Positions 15,520 through 20,000 of a DNA stretch of 20,000 bases are shown here, in pieces. The position numbers and the translations under genes were made by a program. Under the pieces are notes generated by a model. That model did no database searches. It was given only the letters and a program-made list of their open reading frames with translations, and had not been told where the DNA came from. The stretch is from an uncultured Rhodopirellula sp. (GTDB lineage: Bacteria; Planctomycetota; Planctomycetia; Pirellulales; Pirellulaceae), in contig CAXGAI010000020.1 of NCBI GenBank assembly GCA_964007735.1, positions 58,454-78,453 on the forward strand, in the 5' to 3' direction. Numbering within the stretch: the first letter of the stretch is position 1; each line of letters begins with the position of its first letter.

Positions 15520-17220
15520 CTAGCTTTTGGGAACGATTTGGTCACCCTTGGTGATTCTTAAGACTTCATCCATGCTGGTTTTTCCGGCGATGACTTTTCG
15601 CCAACCATCATCACGAAGAGTTCCCATTCCATTACGAACGGCAACTTTTTTGAGTTCCCAGCTACTTGCATTTTGGGTGGCCAGGTCACGTACTTCATCT
15701 GTTGTTAACATCAACTCATAGATGCCAAGTCGTCCGGAATATCCGACGTTCCTGCATTCGCGGCACCCTGAAGCTTCAAATATTTCGCCATCCAGCATTT
15801 CTCGAGGGAAGTCATGGGGAACATCAGTCTGATCCAGATTTACGGGCCGTTTGCATTCGTTACACAGTCGACGCACGAGTCGTTGCGACATAACAGCCTC
15901 CACGGTACTGGCCACTAGAAATGGTTCGACCCCCATGTCGGTCATACGCGTATAGGCGCCGGCCGAATCGTTAGTGTGTAGGGTCGAGAAAACCATATGC
16001 CCGGTAAGGGAAGCCTGGATGGCGTTTTCGGCGGTTTCCAGGTCTCGAATTTCTCCCACAAGTACAATATCTGGGTCATGTCGGAGAATACTTCGAAGTG
16101 ACGCTGAGAAGGTGAGCCCTATTTTGGAATGAACCTGAATTTGGTTGATCCCATCGAGTTGGTATTCGACCGGATCTTCGGTGGTGATGATTTTGTTGTC
16201 AGGCCCCTTGATCTCCATCAGTGAGCTATAAAGTGTCGTTGTTTTACCAGATCCTGTCGGACCACAGACAAGAACGATACCATGAGGAATACGGATCAAT
16301 TCACTGTAAGTGGCATAGATGTCCGGTTCCATCCCTAGGCTTTGCAGATCGAAAACCATCGAGCCTTTATCCAGGATACGCATGACAATACCTTCGCCAT
16401 GGATCATCGGGATAACACTTACTCGGATATCGACTTCACGCCCTCTTACTTTGAGTTTGATACGACCGTCCTGTGGGAGTCGCTTTTCCGCGATATTGAG
16501 TCGCGCCATAATCTTCAGACGGCTAATGATCGCGGCCTGAAATTGGTTGATTTCGGGTGGTACGGGTTGGGGATGAAGCATGCCGTCAATACGATAACGT
16601 ATCGAAATCCCACTTGACTGGGATTCAATATGAACGTCACTCGTCCGCGACTCGATGGCTTCTAGTAAGATTTCATTCACAAGTCGAATGACAGAGGCTT
16701 CCTGCGCCATTTCCGATAATTCGGACCCGTCGATCTCAAGCTCTTCTAGCAGTTCGACTTCGTCATCCTGTTTTGCGGAAACGAGGCTGTCGATCGTTTC
16801 GCTACCGACGCCGAGATGATTTTTAATAAGGGTGTCGATGTCGCGGCGGGTCGCAACGACAGGGAGAATTGCCTTACCCGTCGCAGCTGAAGCTTCGTCA
16901 ATCGGATATAAGTTAAAGGGATCGCTCGTAGCAACCGTAATATGACCATTTTGTGCAACGACCGGAAATAGTGATTCTCGGTAAATCAACCTTGTTGGAA
17001 AGTCGTCGAGTAAGGATAGGTCAACTTCAGTCTCCCGGAAATCGATGAACTCCACGCCGACGGCATCGGCAATCGCTTTCAGCGCTTCTCGTTCCTCGAC
17101 GAATCCAAGTGAAACTGCAGATTCGATCTGTTCGTTCCCCTTGGCCCCGGTCTGAAGAATAGTGTCGACCTGAGTGTCGTTAAGAAGTCCCTTTTCCTTC
17201 AGTATTACGCATGCTTCCAT
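15520..17220 (-). CDS. gspE: T2SS ATPase GspE/PilB family
   Basis: SDVHIE, RYRIDG, EKRLPQDG, Walker A GPTGSGKTTT, EDPVE, Walker B DPDIVLVGEIRD, His box LHTND, tetracysteine CNEC…CREC, N-terminal N1E-type domain. Confidence 0.98.
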   Translation of the reverse strand: MEACVILKEKGLLNDTQVDTILQTGAKGNEQIESAVSLGFVEEREALKAIADAVGVEFIDFRETEVDLSLLDDFPTRLIYRESLFPVVAQNGHITVATSDPFNLYPIDEASAATGKAILPVVATRRDIDTLIKNHLGVGSETIDSLVSAKQDDEVELLEELEIDGSELSEMAQEASVIRLVNEILLEAIESRTSDVHIESQSSGISIRYRIDGMLHPQPVPPEINQFQAAIISRLKIMARLNIAEKRLPQDGRIKLKVRGREVDIRVSVIPMIHGEGIVMRILDKGSMVFDLQSLGMEPDIYATYSELIRIPHGIVLVCGPTGSGKTTTLYSSLMEIKGPDNKIITTEDPVEYQLDGINQIQVHSKIGLTFSASLRSILRHDPDIVLVGEIRDLETAENAIQASLTGHMVFSTLHTNDSAGAYTRMTDMGVEPFLVASTVEAVMSQRLVRRLCNECKRPVNLDQTDVPHDFPREMLDGEIFEASGCRECRNVGYSGRLGIYELMLTTDEVRDLATQNASSWELKKVAVRNGMGTLRDDGWRKVIAGKTSMDEVLRITKGDQIVPKS

Positions 17221-17261
17221 GGTTTGTGTTCTTTCTGGTTAATAACTGCGTACTACTGGAT

Positions 17262-20000
17262 TTAACGCCCGCCGCCGGGACGGCCGCCACCTGGAGCCCC
17301 GCCACCCGGACGACCACCACCTGGAAAACCTGTTCCTCCGGGACGTCCTCCTCCCGGAGGTCCACCGCCGCTGCCACGTGCTTCGGCTGCGCGACGAGCA
17401 GCTTCCTGGAACGCTTGAATTCTCTGACGGATGGCATCAGCTGATGCGGCAGGATTCCCGCCGGACTGACTGGAATTGGAACTGTTGCTGCCTCCGCTAG
17501 ACCTTGTCGTTGAAACCGATTCACCGAGGATTGCCTGCAGGGCGGTGTTGACAACGTCGGGATTTGCCAGATGTAAGGTTCTAACTTCAATTTGCTGTTG
17601 GGTCTGGGTTCCGGCTTGGTCCAGTGTGAGGACGAGTTCTTCCACTTCTTTGAAAAGTGGTTCCGGAGCAGAAACAATGATGGAATTGCTTGTGGTGTCA
17701 ACACCGATGCTCAATTTAGCGGGCTCACTCTTGACGTCGTCGGAACCGCCTCCACGACCGCCACCGCCGCCACGTTGCATCATCGCTTTAATGATGTCTT
17801 CAGGATTAGGTTGGCGCTGTTGTTGGCCACCTCCGGACGCACCATTAATACGTCCGGCATATACTTCTTTAAGGATATTGGCGATGTCGGTTGCACTAAC
17901 ATAGGTGACGGGGATTAATCGTGGCTTGCCTTGGGTTTCAACCTCGGTTTCGGACCCTTCCTTGTCGATGATGCCCAGCAAAGAATCAACCATGGCGAGG
18001 TCCTCATCGTTGGCTTGAACAACTAAGGCGTTCAATCGAGGGTCGGAAACAATGCTAACCGTGCCGGAAGCCGAAAAGGTACTGCTGTCACCAGTCGTAC
18101 TGTCACCACCTCCGCCCAAAATCATACCCATGAGCCCCCCACCCATTAAACTGCTTGTAGCATCACTAACTAGGGAACCAAGGCCACCGGACGAATCCTC
18201 ACCGCCACTCATGATTTGCTGAACAAGTGTTTTTGCGACATCAGATTTGACATATTTTAGGTAAAAAACAGTGATCTGACGGTCGGTCAGCGTGGTTCCT
18301 GGTGGGATCAGTTGACGTAGTAAACTCTCAAAACGATCGAGCGCTTCCGTGTCGTCGCTGGCGATAATGATTCCTTCCGCGGTTAGTTCGACAACGATGT
18401 CATTTCCGAGAGCGGAAGTAATAGTTTCACCATCCTGTAAGGTACTGCTAATGAATTGCAAGCTTTCATCCTGCAACCCCGCAGATTTTTCTAGTGTATC
18501 TGCCTTGGTCGGGCGGATCGGGGCAGGCTGGATGGCTGGTGGAGTCTCTTTTTCGGGTTCTTCAGTCGTGCGTTTCTGGATTCCCGATTCAGTTCGGTCT
18601 TCAGGTTTTACAATGCGAATTGTGTTTTCGCCCGTCCAAAATCGTTCAGCACGATTCAAGGCGTCCTCGGCACTCTTTCCACTGAAGGGCAGGATTCTGA
18701 TATTTCCTTCCTGAGTTGTTGTGTTTTCGGACTCGAGTCTTTCGATCATTGTTCGAATGGAAGTAACTTCGGCTTCGGTCGCCCGCACAAAAAGTTTCAT
18801 AGAAACAGTATCAGCAGTCACTTTGGGGCCCTGTGTAACTTCGACTCCATCTTCTGTGGTCGTGGTGCCGAACATGTTCGCGATCATCGCTAACGCCATT
18901 TCAGGGTCGAGCGTTTTGAGCGAGATGACTTCAAATACGGGTACATCTCCTTCGAGTTCTTTAATCGTCGAAGTGATGGTTTCGTGTTCTGCCGGACGTG
19001 CTAAGGCAATGATTTTGTTGGTGGCCGGATCGAGTGCTAGTCGTACGTCGGGAAGACCAGCCAGCAAAGTTTGTAAAACGTCAAAGGTTGTTTGGGGATC
19101 TGCCACATTGATCGTGTGCGTCTTTAGCGTCGGTTTTTGCACATCCTCTTCTTCCACTCCATCGAGTGGATCGATGTCGAGGCGTTTTGCCAGGTCACGT
19201 AGGACCGCAATGTTCTCTTCATCGCCGGTAACGAAGATTCGCGTCCCAAGTGTGTCGACCGCAAAGCTTATTCCTTCGCGAGCGTAGTCTGCTTCGCCCA
19301 TACCCAGCATGGTGCGTGCCACGATAAGAATGTCTTCAGCAGTCACGTTTTCCAGCTCAATTTCCTCGACTTTGCTAGCAAGCTCGCCACGAGGTTTTTC
19401 TACACCTTCGATTACATCGCGAATTGTACGAAGTCTCCCGGCTTGTTCCTGAATAAGAACCTGTTTTGCGGCAGGGAATACATATAATTGGCCGGTTGGG
19501 CCGATGAGTTTTTCGAGATCGGCAGTCGCTTCTTCCGGCGTCATTTTTACCAATTGGAAAAGAGTTTTTACTAGTTCGTATTCACCACGGCTATTAAGTT
19601 CTTCAAGCGGGACGTATTCGACTAAAACGTCCGGTACACCGTTTTCAAGATTGACCACCATCAGCATTTGATTGCGTCGCAAGAGTGTGTAGCCTTTGGT
19701 TAGCAGTACGCCATTCATTAAGTCCATTGCTTTAGCTGGTGAATAGTACTGTGGATCGGTATAGTTAAACGTCCCTTCCGGGGTAGCATCCATTTGAAGC
19801 GATAATTCGTTGAGCTCGGAGAACCATTCGATGATGTCCGCCCAAGGAGTATTGTTAAAGGCAAACCGAACTTCAATTTCCCCAGCTTCATTGAGGTAGG
19901 CCTCACTGTTGTTGCTTGGAGCTTCCGGCTTATCAGCAGGTTCTTCTTCCGGCTTATCAGCAGGTTCTTCTTCCGGCTTATCAGCAGGTTCTTCTTCCGG
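17262..20000 (-). CDS. Secretin N-domain repeat protein without a secretin barrel; 5' end lies beyond the right edge (the ORF-track start at 19793 is internal)
   Basis: The frame stays open from 20000: PEEEPADK x3…EVRFAFNNTPWADIIEWFSELNELSLQMDATPEGTFNY…MNGVLLTKGYTLL (N0-like). About 7 N-domain repeats follow (e.g. VFYLKY…SDPRLNALVVQA…ID; VDTTSNSIIVSAP…LD). It ends in GGRPGG repeats with no barrel motifs. Confidence 0.88.
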   Translation of the reverse strand, partial: PEEEPADKPEEEPADKPEEEPADKPEAPSNNSEAYLNEAGEIEVRFAFNNTPWADIIEWFSELNELSLQMDATPEGTFNYTDPQYYSPAKAMDLMNGVLLTKGYTLLRRNQMLMVVNLENGVPDVLVEYVPLEELNSRGEYELVKTLFQLVKMTPEEATADLEKLIGPTGQLYVFPAAKQVLIQEQAGRLRTIRDVIEGVEKPRGELASKVEEIELENVTAEDILIVARTMLGMGEADYAREGISFAVDTLGTRIFVTGDEENIAVLRDLAKRLDIDPLDGVEEEDVQKPTLKTHTINVADPQTTFDVLQTLLAGLPDVRLALDPATNKIIALARPAEHETITSTIKELEGDVPVFEVISLKTLDPEMALAMIANMFGTTTTEDGVEVTQGPKVTADTVSMKLFVRATEAEVTSIRTMIERLESENTTTQEGNIRILPFSGKSAEDALNRAERFWTGENTIRIVKPEDRTESGIQKRTTEEPEKETPPAIQPAPIRPTKADTLEKSAGLQDESLQFISSTLQDGETITSALGNDIVVELTAEGIIIASDDTEALDRFESLLRQLIPPGTTLTDRQITVFYLKYVKSDVAKTLVQQIMSGGEDSSGGLGSLVSDATSSLMGGGLMGMILGGGGDSTTGDSSTFSASGTVSIVSDPRLNALVVQANDEDLAMVDSLLGIIDKEGSETEVETQGKPRLIPVTYVSATDIANILKEVYAGRINGASGGGQQQRQPNPEDIIKAMMQRGGGGGRGGGSDDVKSEPAKLSIGVDTTSNSIIVSAPEPLFKEVEELVLTLDQAGTQTQQQIEVRTLHLANPDVVNTALQAILGESVSTTRSSGGSNSSNSSQSGGNPAASADAIRQRIQAFQEAARRAAEARGSGGGPPGGGRPGGTGFPGGGRPGGGAPGGGRPGGGR
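17265..17375 (-). repeat. Gly/Pro/Arg low-complexity C-terminal tail (GGRPGG-type repeats)
   Basis: Translation GSGGGPPGGGRPGGTGFPGGGRPGGGAPGGGRPGGGR*; three GGGRPGG units, degenerate at DNA level. Confidence 0.85.
19922..20000 (-). repeat. Perfect 24-bp in-frame tandem repeat (at least 3.3 units, truncated by window end) encoding PEEEPADK
   Basis: Plus strand CTTCCGGCTTATCAGCAGGTTCTT at 19922, 19946 and 19970, plus a partial unit at 19994-20000. No mismatches and no spacers. Confidence 0.97.

Noticed and set aside
7007..17220. Type IVa pilus or competence system rather than T2SS
   Set aside because: GspG has the T2SS-specific C-terminal DPW and calcium-loop motifs, GspK is typical, the gene order is E-F-G-H-I-J-K-L, and no PilT is seen. 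The PilM/N/O-like features are reported as a finding instead.
17180..17704. 174-aa alternative-frame ORF as the frameshifted missing secretin barrel (pseudogene hypothesis)
   Set aside because: Its translation has no secretin barrel motifs. The main frame ends in a coherent Gly-rich tail, and gspE starts 41 bp after the stop.
19791..19793. ATG at 19793 as the start of the 843-aa ORF
   Set aside because: The frame is open for 69 more codons to the window edge and includes the first half of the N0-like domain; there is no signal peptide at 19793.
2443..19906. Numerous 60-190 aa ORFs nested in or antisense to gsp genes (e.g. 5650-6048, 14795-15196, 17476-17904, 18721-19287)
   Set aside because: They overlap well-supported genes and show no recognisable motifs, as expected for antisense open frames.
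19922..20000. 24-bp direct repeats as a CRISPR array
   Set aside because: Units are contiguous with no spacers, lie in frame inside a CDS, and no cas genes are present.

Overview
Window with a near-complete type II secretion system (T2SS, Gsp-like) locus on the minus strand. Protein style and gene set point to a Planctomycetota (probably Pirellulales-like) genome; this is an inference. In transcription order the locus holds: a barrel-less secretin-N-repeat protein (5' end outside the window, with a perfect 24-bp repeat), gspE, gspF, gspG, gspH, gspI, gspJ, gspK, a GspL/PilM-PilN-like protein, a three-part GspM/PilO + cadherin-like + GspC/PilP-like protein, an internal terminator, a giant 1298-aa secretin with about 9 N-domains and no recognisable N0, and a lipoprotein. 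A convergent BON-domain protein with GGM repeats and a divergent, truncated DUF3352-like exported protein (missed by the ORF track) fill the left end. The most striking signal is an apparently split, greatly elongated secretin conduit: N0 plus about 7.5 N-domains in one protein, and about 9 N-domains plus the barrel in another. Also notable are the fused platform protein and an ECF-type promoter-like motif shared, with identical spacing, by gspG and the DUF3352-like gene. All domain calls come from reading motifs by eye; no searches were run.
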